Shown here one piece after another: positions 9,446-18,689 of a stretch of DNA of 64,000 nucleotides; within the stretch, counting starts at the first letter, position 1, and every line of letters starts with the position of its first letter. This DNA is from Bdellovibrionales bacterium (GTDB lineage Bacteria; Bdellovibrionota; Bdellovibrionia; Bdellovibrionales; Bdellovibrionaceae). The position numbers and the translations under genes were made by a program. Location: assembly GCA_031370005.1 (NCBI GenBank), contig JANMPT010000024.1, positions 96,001 through 160,000 of the forward strand. Reading direction: 5' to 3'. The notes under the pieces were generated by a model that searched no databases, was not told the origin of the DNA, and worked only from the letters and a program-made list of their open reading frames with translations.

Positions 9446-10509
9446 TGTTGAGCCGAAGATTGGTGGATTATTTTCAATTCCCATTGGCCTTGCTTGATGG
9501 AAATGCTCGTGTGATTCAGGCTAATTCTAGTTGGGTGGATGCTATGAATATTTTAGAAGGCGAGTATGCCCATAAATACATCAATTTGAGTCCTAGCCCC
9601 ACTTTAGCCAAGACTGAGGACTATTGGCAGCAAGTGGCAAGCCAGTTGCCAGAGGCGGGCGAAAAGCTGTCGCTTATACATCAACAACCAGGGCATTTGA
9701 GCCTTCTTCTAAGTAAAGTTAAGTTTGATCAAATATTATTTTTCTGGGCCCGACCGGCAATTGAGACCGACTTATATGGTGATACAAATAGATTGGCACG
9801 GGAAAAACGGCTTCATGAAATGGGTGAAATGGCCGCCGGAGTTGCTCATGAAATTACGAATCCTTTAACAGTCATCGCTGCAAAAGCGTCAATACTGGAA
9901 TATATGATGAAGGAAGGTGATGATGAGGGCAATTCTGAAGTTCTAAAGATCACTCAAGTAATCACCCATCAGTGTCATCGAATTACAAAGATTGTGCGAG
10001 CAATGAGAACCTTTAGCCGAGACGGAGCTTTTGACCCTGTTGTGGCCATGGCGATACGTCCGCTAATTGATGAAGCAATAACCCTTTGTGTAGAGAAATC
10101 CCGCCTAAAGGGAACCAAGTTTGAAGTAGAGACATTGGACTCTGAGTATCAAGTCATGTGTCGCCCTATTCACATTGTGCAGATTTTGGTCAATTTATTT
10201 AACAATGCAATAGATGCCACGGATAGTGTTCTTTTGCCTAAAGTGATCGTGGCCTTTCAGAAATCCGAGGATTTTTTGGAAATTCAGACTTTGGATAACG
10301 GCACAGGGGTTCCAGAAGAAATTGCTGATAAAATTTTCAACCCTTTTTATACAACAAAGGAAGTTGGAAAGGGGACGGGCTTGGGCCTGAGTTTGTCTCT
10401 GCGTTTGAGTCAAATCAGTGGAGGAAATTTGTTCTTGGATCGAAAACAGGGAAAAAGCTGTTTTACACTAAGACTTCCACTCGCGGCATCGCTTAAGATA
10501 GTAAAATAA
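9442..10509 (+). CDS. Cytoplasmic NtrB-like histidine kinase with PAS-like N-terminus
   Basis: GEMAAGVAHEITNPL, QILVNLFNNA, DNGTG, FYTTK, GTGLGL; no TM segment. Confidence 0.9.
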   Translation: MMLSRRLVDYFQFPLALLDGNARVIQANSSWVDAMNILEGEYAHKYINLSPSPTLAKTEDYWQQVASQLPEAGEKLSLIHQQPGHLSLLLSKVKFDQILFFWARPAIETDLYGDTNRLAREKRLHEMGEMAAGVAHEITNPLTVIAAKASILEYMMKEGDDEGNSEVLKITQVITHQCHRITKIVRAMRTFSRDGAFDPVVAMAIRPLIDEAITLCVEKSRLKGTKFEVETLDSEYQVMCRPIHIVQILVNLFNNAIDATDSVLLPKVIVAFQKSEDFLEIQTLDNGTGVPEEIADKIFNPFYTTKEVGKGTGLGLSLSLRLSQISGGNLFLDRKQGKSCFTLRLPLAASLKIVK

Positions 10510-10526
10510 TTTATCGGAGGTTTGTC

Positions 10527-11039
10527 ATGAGACTGAAAAAGCAGAATGTGAGTATTGTTCGTCCGGAAGACTATGATTTAGAGGCCGAAAGAGCCGCTGT
10601 GATAAAGTTTATGCAGGAAAATGGCCTTGAGGTCGATGCAGAGTTCATACGCCAAATCACCTTAGGAGATATTGTTGAAGTATATTCCGTCCCGGAAAAT
10701 ACACAGATTTATCGAAACACTGAATTCATTAAGCACTGCTCTTATACTACAGAGCAAATGGCGACAATCCCCTTTCCAAAATTATTCTGGAGATCCGAGG
10801 ATGACCACGTTACATTAATGCATAGGGCCTCTCAAGTAGTGTCTACGGAGAAAAAGTGTGTTCCCTGGGATGTTGGGAATCACCAGCTTGTAGAATCATT
10901 ACATCCTAAAAAACGTACTTTTGAAATTCAAATGGGAGTGATCGCCCCCTGCTTTGAGCTTAAAACCCAGGCACGAAGAGCCTGGGCTTCAACTTTGAAA
11001 GTGAGCTTTATTTTTGAGTGGGGAGATGACTTAACTTAA
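10527..11039 (+). CDS. Hypothetical protein, probable standalone PAS-like domain
   Basis: GGAGG RBS; IVEVYS...QIYRNTEF...SYTTEQM...KLF pattern resembles the PAS N-terminal core. Confidence 0.5.
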   Translation: MRLKKQNVSIVRPEDYDLEAERAAVIKFMQENGLEVDAEFIRQITLGDIVEVYSVPENTQIYRNTEFIKHCSYTTEQMATIPFPKLFWRSEDDHVTLMHRASQVVSTEKKCVPWDVGNHQLVESLHPKKRTFEIQMGVIAPCFELKTQARRAWASTLKVSFIFEWGDDLT

Positions 11040-11639
11040 AGAGGCTATGTCATTCAGAAGATGCTTATAAAGAACGCAGGTCTGATCAAAGTTCTTCATA
11101 ATTTCGACTCTTTCCCCTTGAGTGCAGCTTTCGATTTGGTTGACTGCTTCTTTCACGTGGTCAGGATCATCTTCGGCGTGAACTTTTACAAACCGAATGG
11201 CTTCTGGCCCATATTTTTTCAGAACAAGCTCATACATTCCTGGGAAGGTAAGCACTGCCAGATGTTCCAGAGCCAGGATATAACCCAGTAAGTGTTTTGG
11301 ATTGCGTTGAATTTTGTAAAACTGAGGTTCCCAAAGTGCCCGGCAACTTTCTAATTCCATGAAATTTTCTCGTTTTTCGCCTAGATGCTCAAGGTCTTTA
11401 ACAGCTAAAAGGTCATGACTTTGCTCCTCACGGATATGTGAAAGACTTCGTCGATAATAGTTTTGCTCCTCCGCAGGAGACCAGCCGGCAGCAAAGGCAA
11501 GCATGCGAGTGCTATGAGTTGTATAGTAAAAACTTTGTGCAAGCCAGTTTTTATATAATTTGGAGTTGTCCCAAGGCATTTTCTCGAAGCACTTCTTGAG
11601 CTCCTCCATTTTCGAGGATAAGGGTATTTGTTGGTTCAT
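11031..11639 (-). CDS. Heme-oxygenase-like diiron oxidase (HDO, CADD/PqqC-like iron-containing redox enzyme)
   Basis: All-helical; ligand-like motifs EEQSH, ALE, HAEDDPDH. Confidence 0.85.
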   Translation of the reverse strand: MNQQIPLSSKMEELKKCFEKMPWDNSKLYKNWLAQSFYYTTHSTRMLAFAAGWSPAEEQNYYRRSLSHIREEQSHDLLAVKDLEHLGEKRENFMELESCRALWEPQFYKIQRNPKHLLGYILALEHLAVLTFPGMYELVLKKYGPEAIRFVKVHAEDDPDHVKEAVNQIESCTQGERVEIMKNFDQTCVLYKHLLNDIASLS

Positions 11640-12294
11640 GAGTCGGTTCCTTTCTGTGGTTAAATCTATTCCATTTTTGTATTGTCATTTCTAAGCAGTT
11701 TGGAAGTGGGGAAAGGCGAGCGGACTCTCTGGTGATTTGAGCAAAGTCCACCTCAACATTGTAGGCCTGTTTGCCTTTTGAGATAGGGATTCCTCCATGG
11801 CGATAAAAAATATTTTGAGTCCCGCGGTTATTTCGAAAATATCCTAAAATTCGTTTTGCAGAACTTTCCATGAGGCGTAAAACTGAAAAGCCAATTAGTA
11901 GTTCAGATATGGGTAGGTCGGTCTCAGATTTTCTCCATGCAGAATCCAAGGTCATATATGTTATAATCATCGATGAACTTTCTAGCCCAATAATACTTTC
12001 GCGAACATCCTCTGGGTAATTCTCGAAATAAGACATTTTCTGGTGACTACGTTTTTCTAAATCACAAAAATGATATAATAAAAATCCGACTGGCCTATTA
12101 TTAAAAAACAGACCCCCAAGTTCCTTTGAAAGAAAATCGTCGCTGCTGAGGGTTTTTTTTGCAACGTTCAGTTCACGAAAAGTCTCGATCCAATTTTTTT
12201 CCCAGAGTTCAAAACAGCGTTCATTCAATTCTGAAAACACCCCTGGGCTTGAGGTGGAGAAATGATAAAAGTCCAAGTCAGAGATAGATTTCAA
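11551..12294 (-). CDS. Putative GNAT-fold acyltransferase (LuxI/FeeM-like by inference)
   Basis: SSDDF, GLFFNNRPVGFL, ITYMTLDSAWRK (motif-A-like), NIFYRHGG; TTG start 6 nt after GGAG (ORF track starts at 12306). Confidence 0.55.
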   Translation of the reverse strand: MKSISDLDFYHFSTSSPGVFSELNERCFELWEKNWIETFRELNVAKKTLSSDDFLSKELGGLFFNNRPVGFLLYHFCDLEKRSHQKMSYFENYPEDVRESIIGLESSSMIITYMTLDSAWRKSETDLPISELLIGFSVLRLMESSAKRILGYFRNNRGTQNIFYRHGGIPISKGKQAYNVEVDFAQITRESARLSPLPNCLEMTIQKWNRFNHRKEPTHEPTNTLILENGGAQEVLRENALGQLQII

Positions 12295-12335
12295 TGATTG
12301 CTCCAAAAAAAGATATGTTATTTTGTGGAGAAAAG

Positions 12336-12364
12336 ATTGTGCTATATACGTAACAAGTGGTCAA
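12336..12364 (-). promoter_or_regulatory. Candidate sigma70 promoter for the GNAT-HDO pair
   Basis: TTGACC-N17-CACAAT; overlaps TTGT-N12-ACAA dyad at 12337-12356. Confidence 0.35.
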
Positions 12365-12472
12365 TAAATTAAATTAAACAAACAAATAAGATACAATTTA
12401 GTAAAATTTTATACACTCACCGCATTGAGTCGCACATGGCTACGGCAAATAAAGCTAATTTGAGAGGGGGTT

Positions 12473-12940
12473 TCACTCTTTAGTGTTTAAATTTTCAAAA
12501 TTTGCATTGCCTGTTTTAGTTTCTGTCCCATTGATTATGACATGAAAATAAATAGGAACTGATTTAACTAGCATGGCGCTGACACCGCAATATTTGGTCA
12601 TTGAAAGATCAACCGCTTTTTCAAAGAGACCATTGTCAATATTTGGACCAGTTAATGTGAAGTTAAGGTGAATTTCAGAAAAGATAACGGGATGCGTAGT
12701 TGTGGGCTCAGACTCGGCGCTGACATTGAAAGTATCAAATGAAACCTTATATTTTTTTAAAAGGCTCACGACATCCATACCGGTACAACCGCATAAACCA
12801 GCAAGAACATACTCCTTAGGGCTAGGGCCTCGATCTCTACCGCCGAACTCTTTTTTGCCATCGGTGAATTGATGATGCTCCCGCACTTGGACTTCAAACC
12901 CAATGCCTTGGATCCAATGGACCTCTGCTGTTGTTTTCAT
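12473..12940 (-). CDS. OsmC/YhfA-family protein
   Basis: GPSPKEYVLAGLCGCTGMDV and KYCGVS motifs. Confidence 0.9.
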   Translation of the reverse strand: MKTTAEVHWIQGIGFEVQVREHHQFTDGKKEFGGRDRGPSPKEYVLAGLCGCTGMDVVSLLKKYKVSFDTFNVSAESEPTTTHPVIFSEIHLNFTLTGPNIDNGLFEKAVDLSMTKYCGVSAMLVKSVPIYFHVIINGTETKTGNANFENLNTKE

Positions 12941-13130
12941 TTCTTAGCTCCTTTGTAGTTCTAGCGGGCCCTTTTAAGAGAAGCCCATCATAAACCAATA
13001 TTTTACAAAGTATAGATGTGCTAAGGCATATTTTTTATTACTTTTCAGCAGAGAGTCACATAAGGGTTCCCTACTTGGGTGAGATCTAATACAATGTTAG
13101 GCTGACAGCTATCAAATTAAGGGGAGTTTT

Positions 13131-14198
13131 ATGAAAAGTGACATGATTTTTCATCAGTTATTTGAGTCTGAGTCGTCGACTTATACTTATATTATTGCAG
13201 ATGAGAAAACCAAGGAAGCTGCCATTATTGATCCTGTTCTTGAAACTGTTGATCGTGACCTTAAGCTGATTAATGAATTAGGATTAAAACTGATGTATGC
13301 ATTGGATACGCATATTCATGCAGATCACATCACTGGCGCTGGAGAAATTCGAAAAAGAACACAGGCAAAGACGGTTGTCAGTCATGAAGCAGATGTATCT
13401 TGCGTCGATATCCCATTGAAAGATGGTCAGGAGCTTTCGCTGGGCGATAAAAAAATCAAAGGAATTACAACTCCGGGGCATACGAACACCTGTATGTCAT
13501 ATTTATTTGAGGGAATGATATTTACAGGTGATGCCTTATTAATTCGTGGATGCGGAAGGACTGACTTTCAACAAGGTTCATCGGAGAAGCTCTATGAAAG
13601 TGTCCATGAAAAGCTTTTCAAGTTGCCTGACAATACCATTGTGTATCCTTGCCATGATTACAGAGGGCACAGCTCATCGACAATTGGCCTTGAGAAAAAA
13701 TTTAATCCTCGCTTGGGCGAGTCTAAATCTAAAGAAGAATTCAAGAAAATTATGTCCGAAACAAGACTTGATAGTCCAAAAAAGATTCATGAGGCAGTTC
13801 CTGCAAATATGGCCTGCGGACTGCTGAATGATTCCCGAGTTATCCACCCTCAGGTAGCTAATGGAATTCCGGAGGCGCAGTGCGAGGCCATTTTAGCTCA
13901 TCTGCCCCTGGTCGAATCAAAAAAGCTTAGACTGATTGACGTGAGACGGCCTGACGAATTCAATAGTGAGCTTGGGCATATTAAGGGTGCTGAGCTTATT
14001 ACACTTGGGCCTGAGCTAACAATTTTTCTTGAAAAAAAAGCCGATCTTAATGAAGAAATCGTTTTTATTTGCCGAAGTGGTGGTCGTTCCGGTGCGGCAA
14101 CTCAGGAGAGCATCAAGCTTGGCTACAAATATACTGTTAATATGTTGGGCGGTATGATTCGTTGGAACGAACAAAAATTTCCTGTGGAAAGATGCTAA
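13131..14198 (+). CDS. Persulfide dioxygenase (ETHE1-like MBL) fused to a rhodanese domain
   Basis: THIHADHITG, TPGHT, GDALLIRGCGRTDFQ, HDY; C-terminal IDVR...ICRSGGRS. Confidence 0.92.
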   Translation: MKSDMIFHQLFESESSTYTYIIADEKTKEAAIIDPVLETVDRDLKLINELGLKLMYALDTHIHADHITGAGEIRKRTQAKTVVSHEADVSCVDIPLKDGQELSLGDKKIKGITTPGHTNTCMSYLFEGMIFTGDALLIRGCGRTDFQQGSSEKLYESVHEKLFKLPDNTIVYPCHDYRGHSSSTIGLEKKFNPRLGESKSKEEFKKIMSETRLDSPKKIHEAVPANMACGLLNDSRVIHPQVANGIPEAQCEAILAHLPLVESKKLRLIDVRRPDEFNSELGHIKGAELITLGPELTIFLEKKADLNEEIVFICRSGGRSGAATQESIKLGYKYTVNMLGGMIRWNEQKFPVERC

Positions 14199-14225
14199 AA
14201 TCAAAGCTCATGGTCGTGTAAAATA

Positions 14226-14747
14226 ATGAGGCACATATTTAACTTTTTAAAGTCGAACTTATTTAACAGCATTCTTATTATTTTTCTAATATATGTTGCA
14301 GCATTGCGAGTTCCGACAATTATGAAAATGTATGAGGCGCAAGGGGAGCCGGCGCCTTCGGCTAGCATTGTCGATCTAACAGGACAGAATATTTTAATTC
14401 CGCGTCATCAAAAACAGGTCCTCGTTTTTTGGGCGACGTGGTGCGGTCCTTGTAGGATCGAGCTCGGCAGAATCAACAGAATGATAATAAAAAACGAAAT
14501 CAATGCGAATGATATTCTTGCAGTTTCTATTTCTGAAGATCCAAAAACAGTTACTGCTTTTGTAAGGGAGCATGAGTATCATTTCCAAGTGGCTGTTGAT
14601 GAAACAGGAAAGCTTGCAAGGCTATATAAGGTATTTGGAACTCCCACGATACTTCTAATAGATCAAGATGGCAAAGTGAACTGGATGACAACGGGGCTGA
14701 GTCCCGCCCTTGAATTTAGACTCAAATCATTTTTAATCAAACAATAA
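14226..14747 (+). CDS. TlpA/ResA-family thiol-disulfide oxidoreductase
   Basis: N-terminal TM anchor, FWATWCGPC, GTPT. Confidence 0.9.
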   Translation: MRHIFNFLKSNLFNSILIIFLIYVAALRVPTIMKMYEAQGEPAPSASIVDLTGQNILIPRHQKQVLVFWATWCGPCRIELGRINRMIIKNEINANDILAVSISEDPKTVTAFVREHEYHFQVAVDETGKLARLYKVFGTPTILLIDQDGKVNWMTTGLSPALEFRLKSFLIKQ

Positions 14748-14873
14748 GACAAATTTCGTATTACTAAAAAATATCATTGTATATTTATTAAATTGAAATT
14801 GAGCTTTCAAGCCTTTTGCGAGATGAATGGGATCTGAGCATATGCTCGGAATTGCCAAAAATAAGGAGGCAGC

Positions 14874-15416
14874 ATGAAGAAGTTTTTAGTAATGACCATC
14901 GTGTCCGTAATTTCAGCGGGCGCTTTTGCAGCAGGTTACACACCAATGAATATTGTTGAGAAATCATCTTATCAGTTGGCAGGCTTAGTCACTAAGGGAA
15001 AAATCGATGCAAGTTTTCTTACGGATGTAAATCATTTAACAGTGTCCTCTGATGCTAGCGGATTTCACGTTCAGATGACCTCGCCAGCGACGACTCCGGA
15101 CGCGGTGAATACCTTGGATATCACTTTTGACACAAACGGAAAGGCAACCAGCTTTTCTTCGAACTTTGTTGCGCGCTTTTCACAGGGACCTATTTTTGAA
15201 AAGACCAATGCAGCAACGATCTTGGATCTTTGTGCAGAAGCATTCGTTGATCACTTATCCGAGTCCCAAGATAACCTCTTTGTTGCTCAAAACGTAGAGA
15301 GTATTGATCTCGGTGTTGAACAAGGTGGATTCCTCATTTTGGTTCACCTGAAAAATGCACAAGTTTACCAGGTACACATGGATGCAACGGGCAAAGTTAT
15401 TTCCAAAGGATTCTAA
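14874..15416 (+). CDS. Secreted hypothetical protein
   Basis: AAGGAGG RBS, signal peptide ending AFA; apparently two similar alpha/beta halves. Confidence 0.7.
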   Translation: MKKFLVMTIVSVISAGAFAAGYTPMNIVEKSSYQLAGLVTKGKIDASFLTDVNHLTVSSDASGFHVQMTSPATTPDAVNTLDITFDTNGKATSFSSNFVARFSQGPIFEKTNAATILDLCAEAFVDHLSESQDNLFVAQNVESIDLGVEQGGFLILVHLKNAQVYQVHMDATGKVISKGF

Positions 15417-15419
15417 AAA

Positions 15420-15995
15420 ATGAAAACGGTTCAGAGCTTCGCAGTCATTGCTTTACTAACTTTAGGTCTGCGTAGTTTTGCGCAAGACCAAGAGGCTTCA
15501 GTTCAGAATGGTCATGTAGAGTTCACCGCCGTCGGTAAACCAGCGATGTTGAAAATCCACGGAAAGTCTCTTGGTCCCACGGGAAAAATCAGTGTGAGCA
15601 AGGGGCGAATTTCGGGCGTTTTAAAGTTGGAGCTCAAGGGCATTGCGACAGGAATTGATCTGCGCGACGAACATATGAAAAAGAAGTATCTTCAGGTGGA
15701 TCTCTTTCCTGTGGCAGAGCTTTTGATTAAAGATATGGATGTTAATGTAGGTAAATTTTCTGATTTTAGTGGCACATTGAAAGATCAAAATTTTACCGGC
15801 GACCTGACTCTTCACGGAGTGAGGAAGTCGATTCATGGCGTTTATGAGGTACAGTCCGAGGGAAGCCTATTAAAGATACATGCGACTTATCAGTTTAAAT
15901 TATCAGATTTCAATATTGAGATTCCTTCTTATGCAGGCATTAAGGTGGCGGATAGTGTTACTGTGGAGACCTCCTTTGAGGTGCCAAAAAAATGA
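15420..15995 (+). CDS. YceI-family lipid/polyisoprenoid-binding protein
   Basis: Signal peptide; TGIDLRDEHM, GDLTLHGV, LSDFNIEIP. Confidence 0.9.
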   Translation: MKTVQSFAVIALLTLGLRSFAQDQEASVQNGHVEFTAVGKPAMLKIHGKSLGPTGKISVSKGRISGVLKLELKGIATGIDLRDEHMKKKYLQVDLFPVAELLIKDMDVNVGKFSDFSGTLKDQNFTGDLTLHGVRKSIHGVYEVQSEGSLLKIHATYQFKLSDFNIEIPSYAGIKVADSVTVETSFEVPKK

Positions 15996-17068
15996 GACCC
16001 CTTGTTTTTTTCTTAATGACATATGCTTGTCAGGCCTGGGCCTTTCCTGAGTTGATTCGATTTCAGTATAACAACTGCACGGCATGTCACGTTGCCCCTT
16101 CTGGAGGAGGTACGCTGACCTCTTATGGGCGAAGCCTTTCCTCGGAAGTGCTCAGCACTTGGGGAAGCGAGAAAGAGGCCGGTTTTTTACACGGCATCTT
16201 GGATCGAGAGGCTCTTGAGAAGTGGATTTTACCAGGCGGTGATATTCGCGCAGTTCAAGTGCATCGTGAAGATGAAAATTCAAAATCGGGACGTTTTATT
16301 AAGATGCAGGCTGATGTATCTGCCGCCGTCGTTGATGATCGCTGGGCTGTTGCTGCGACGGTGGGAGATCTCGATGTCGACACTTGGAATTCTTATAGTA
16401 CGTCTTATTATGGAATGCTAAAACCTTATGATGAGCTTTCTATACGCGCCGGTCGATTCACTCCGCAGTATGGGCTCTATATCAGAGATCATATTGCCTT
16501 TATTAGATCTTTTTTGGGTTTTGGTTTGGATGCCAATCGTGATGTCGAAGAAGTTCAATGGACTGGTCTTGTGTGGACCACGAGCCTTTCTTACTCCAAA
16601 CAATTTAATATTGTTTACCCAGAGTCAGCCTATAGTTTTCAATCTCAGTATTTTTTTGCGGACAGCTATAAAATAGCGCTAAACTATTGGAAGGGCCGTT
16701 CTGAACTTATGGAAAGGGACGTTTTGGGTTTTTGGAGCCTTTTTGGTTTCACGCAAAAGGTGTTTTGGTTGAATGAGGTCGATTGGCAAAATAAAAAAGT
16801 CGGTGATCTTATTACGAGAAGTTTTGTGACCTATCAAAAGTTGGGTTATACTTTAGTTAAAGGCCTGGATCTTTTATTGTTGGGTGAATTTCAAAAGGGT
16901 GACCTTAGTGATGCCTCAACTGAAATTAATCGTTATGGACTAGGTTTTCAATTTTACCCTCGTCCACACTTTGAACTTAGTGGTGCTTGGACAAAGCAGA
17001 AAACTTTGGCCCTGACGACGGGGAGGGAGGCCGATTATGCATGGCTGTTACTTCATTATTATCTGTAG
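15992..17068 (+). CDS. Outer-membrane beta-barrel with N-terminal c-type heme (Cyc2-like cytochrome-porin architecture)
   Basis: Signal peptide, FPELIR...CTACH...LTSYGRSL, then amphipathic aromatic-rich strands ending WLLLHYYL. Confidence 0.72.
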   Translation: MRPLVFFLMTYACQAWAFPELIRFQYNNCTACHVAPSGGGTLTSYGRSLSSEVLSTWGSEKEAGFLHGILDREALEKWILPGGDIRAVQVHREDENSKSGRFIKMQADVSAAVVDDRWAVAATVGDLDVDTWNSYSTSYYGMLKPYDELSIRAGRFTPQYGLYIRDHIAFIRSFLGFGLDANRDVEEVQWTGLVWTTSLSYSKQFNIVYPESAYSFQSQYFFADSYKIALNYWKGRSELMERDVLGFWSLFGFTQKVFWLNEVDWQNKKVGDLITRSFVTYQKLGYTLVKGLDLLLLGEFQKGDLSDASTEINRYGLGFQFYPRPHFELSGAWTKQKTLALTTGREADYAWLLLHYYL

Positions 17069-17774
17069 TTTTATGCTATCTGCTTGCAATTATAATGTCG
17101 TGAAAAACCCGAATGTGACTGGTGGAAACAATTCACTATCGCAGCCCATCAGTGAGTCTGCGACGATTGATGCCCCTTTGATTCAGGGAACTGTGCTTAA
17201 GCAGTGCATGTCTTGCCATGCGGGGCGCACGGCGCCGGAGTTGGGAAGCCTTACTGGAACTCGTGAGCATATAGCAAAGATTCTTTCTGAGGTCTTGTCC
17301 GATGCCATGCCTCCGGCAAAAAATGGCTATGCTCCGCTCTCAGATTGTGGAAAAGCAATTTTACAACGCTGGGTAGATATTGGTGCTCCATTAAACAGCT
17401 CAGAGAAAGTTGGAAGCCTGGTAGTTTGCAAGGGGCAGAACTCATTGCCTCCGGACCAAAGCACGATTCCAATTTCCCAACTACCTGTAAACTATCAGAC
17501 CTTACTTAAAAAAGTTTTACAACCCAAGTGTTTGAAGTGTCATAATCCTGATTCGGATGATGTTGATGCTGCCGGCATTTTGTTTTACCCTTTTGCAGAA
17601 ATCGCTAAAAAACCGAATTTGTGGTCGCGCCCAGGTGCTTTAAGCAAGATTGTTCGAGTGCTTACGCGCAATAATGATGAAAGGATGCCGCCACCAGAAG
17701 AGGGGCCAGCGTTAGAACCAGAAGAAATAAATTTTATCGTCAAGTGGATTGATGCTGGTAGCCCAGAACAATAA
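17037..17774 (+). CDS. Diheme cytochrome c lipoprotein
   Basis: Lipobox LSAC; CMSCH with AMPP and CLKCH with RMPP; each domain ends W(V/I)D.G. Confidence 0.85.
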   Translation: MHGCYFIIICSFMLSACNYNVVKNPNVTGGNNSLSQPISESATIDAPLIQGTVLKQCMSCHAGRTAPELGSLTGTREHIAKILSEVLSDAMPPAKNGYAPLSDCGKAILQRWVDIGAPLNSSEKVGSLVVCKGQNSLPPDQSTIPISQLPVNYQTLLKKVLQPKCLKCHNPDSDDVDAAGILFYPFAEIAKKPNLWSRPGALSKIVRVLTRNNDERMPPPEEGPALEPEEINFIVKWIDAGSPEQ

Positions 17775-18587
17775 TTAAATCTTAAACCAGTCGAAGTTCA
17801 GGCATGCCAAATTTTCATCACTGGAAGGTTTAATTTTTTCAATCACTTCTTCTAGGAGATGGGAAAGCTTTTCTCGTACCCAGTCGTAGTCTTCGCTCGA
17901 TAGGGAGATCACTCCGGAGTAATGAAGGCCATCAAATTCTTTAAAGCCAATGGCATCAATGGCCTTAAGACGCCAGTGTGTATGGTGCTGCTTAAGCAGG
18001 GGGGAGTCGGCCTCTAAGTGGAGTGTAGATTTAGCCACTTTAAATAGGCCCTTTTCTTGTCGAACGAATCCGCGACTTAGTAGGAATTCGAGTGTTGTGT
18101 TGAGAACTGCCGTAGAAAGTTGGAAGTGTTTTTGTAAACTCTCCAAAGATTGCAATGATGGGTTCAGTAAGGCCATGTGAATGGCGGCATAGTGCCAGCT
18201 GCTATAGTAAATGGTCTGATCCTCCAAAGAGAGATGTTCTTTAATATTCACACGTGTTTTTAAAACCGTATGTTGTTCTCTTTTTTGTGAAATTTGTTTG
18301 GCTAGTATTTTTTCTAGCCCCTTTGTTCCAGCTCGCTGATGCATGACCAACAATAATAAAAAATCAGTGTCTAACTCGCCAAGGCCCATCCATCGTGCAC
18401 AAGCCTCAGTCTGCTCCAGGCTAAAATGATAGGTACCAGCAAGGACATGGGTAATAAAGGGAGTCTGGCATCCGATGGCTTCAGAGAGCTGCTTTCGAAG
18501 GCCGCGACCTCGAAGTGGCCCCTTGTCGATCCAATCAATGATAAATTTTTTGTAATCTTTGTATTCGAATACAGTGAGAGTTGTCAT
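17775..18587 (-). CDS. TIGR02147/DUF4423 family HTH protein (second copy)
   Basis: VFEYKDYKKFI, HTH-like region, YYSSWHYAAIH, HHTHWR, HYSGVISLS, LNFDWF. Confidence 0.88.
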   Translation of the reverse strand: MTTLTVFEYKDYKKFIIDWIDKGPLRGRGLRKQLSEAIGCQTPFITHVLAGTYHFSLEQTEACARWMGLGELDTDFLLLLVMHQRAGTKGLEKILAKQISQKREQHTVLKTRVNIKEHLSLEDQTIYYSSWHYAAIHMALLNPSLQSLESLQKHFQLSTAVLNTTLEFLLSRGFVRQEKGLFKVAKSTLHLEADSPLLKQHHTHWRLKAIDAIGFKEFDGLHYSGVISLSSEDYDWVREKLSHLLEEVIEKIKPSSDENLACLNFDWFKI

Positions 18588-18596
18588 TGAGTCTCC

Positions 18597-18641
18597 GTGT
18601 TTAGCAAAACTAAATTAAATGATTGTTTTTTAGCTAAATAC
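18597..18641. promoter_or_regulatory. Inverted repeat between the divergent TIGR02147 gene and a secreted-protein gene (possible operator)
   Basis: GTGTTTAGC (18597-18605) / GCTAAATAC (18633-18641), plus inner AAAAC/GTTTT. Confidence 0.4.
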
Positions 18642-18689
18642 AATTGAAAGTCAACTAGGTTTGAATGATAACAGACTTCGGAGGTCCTT

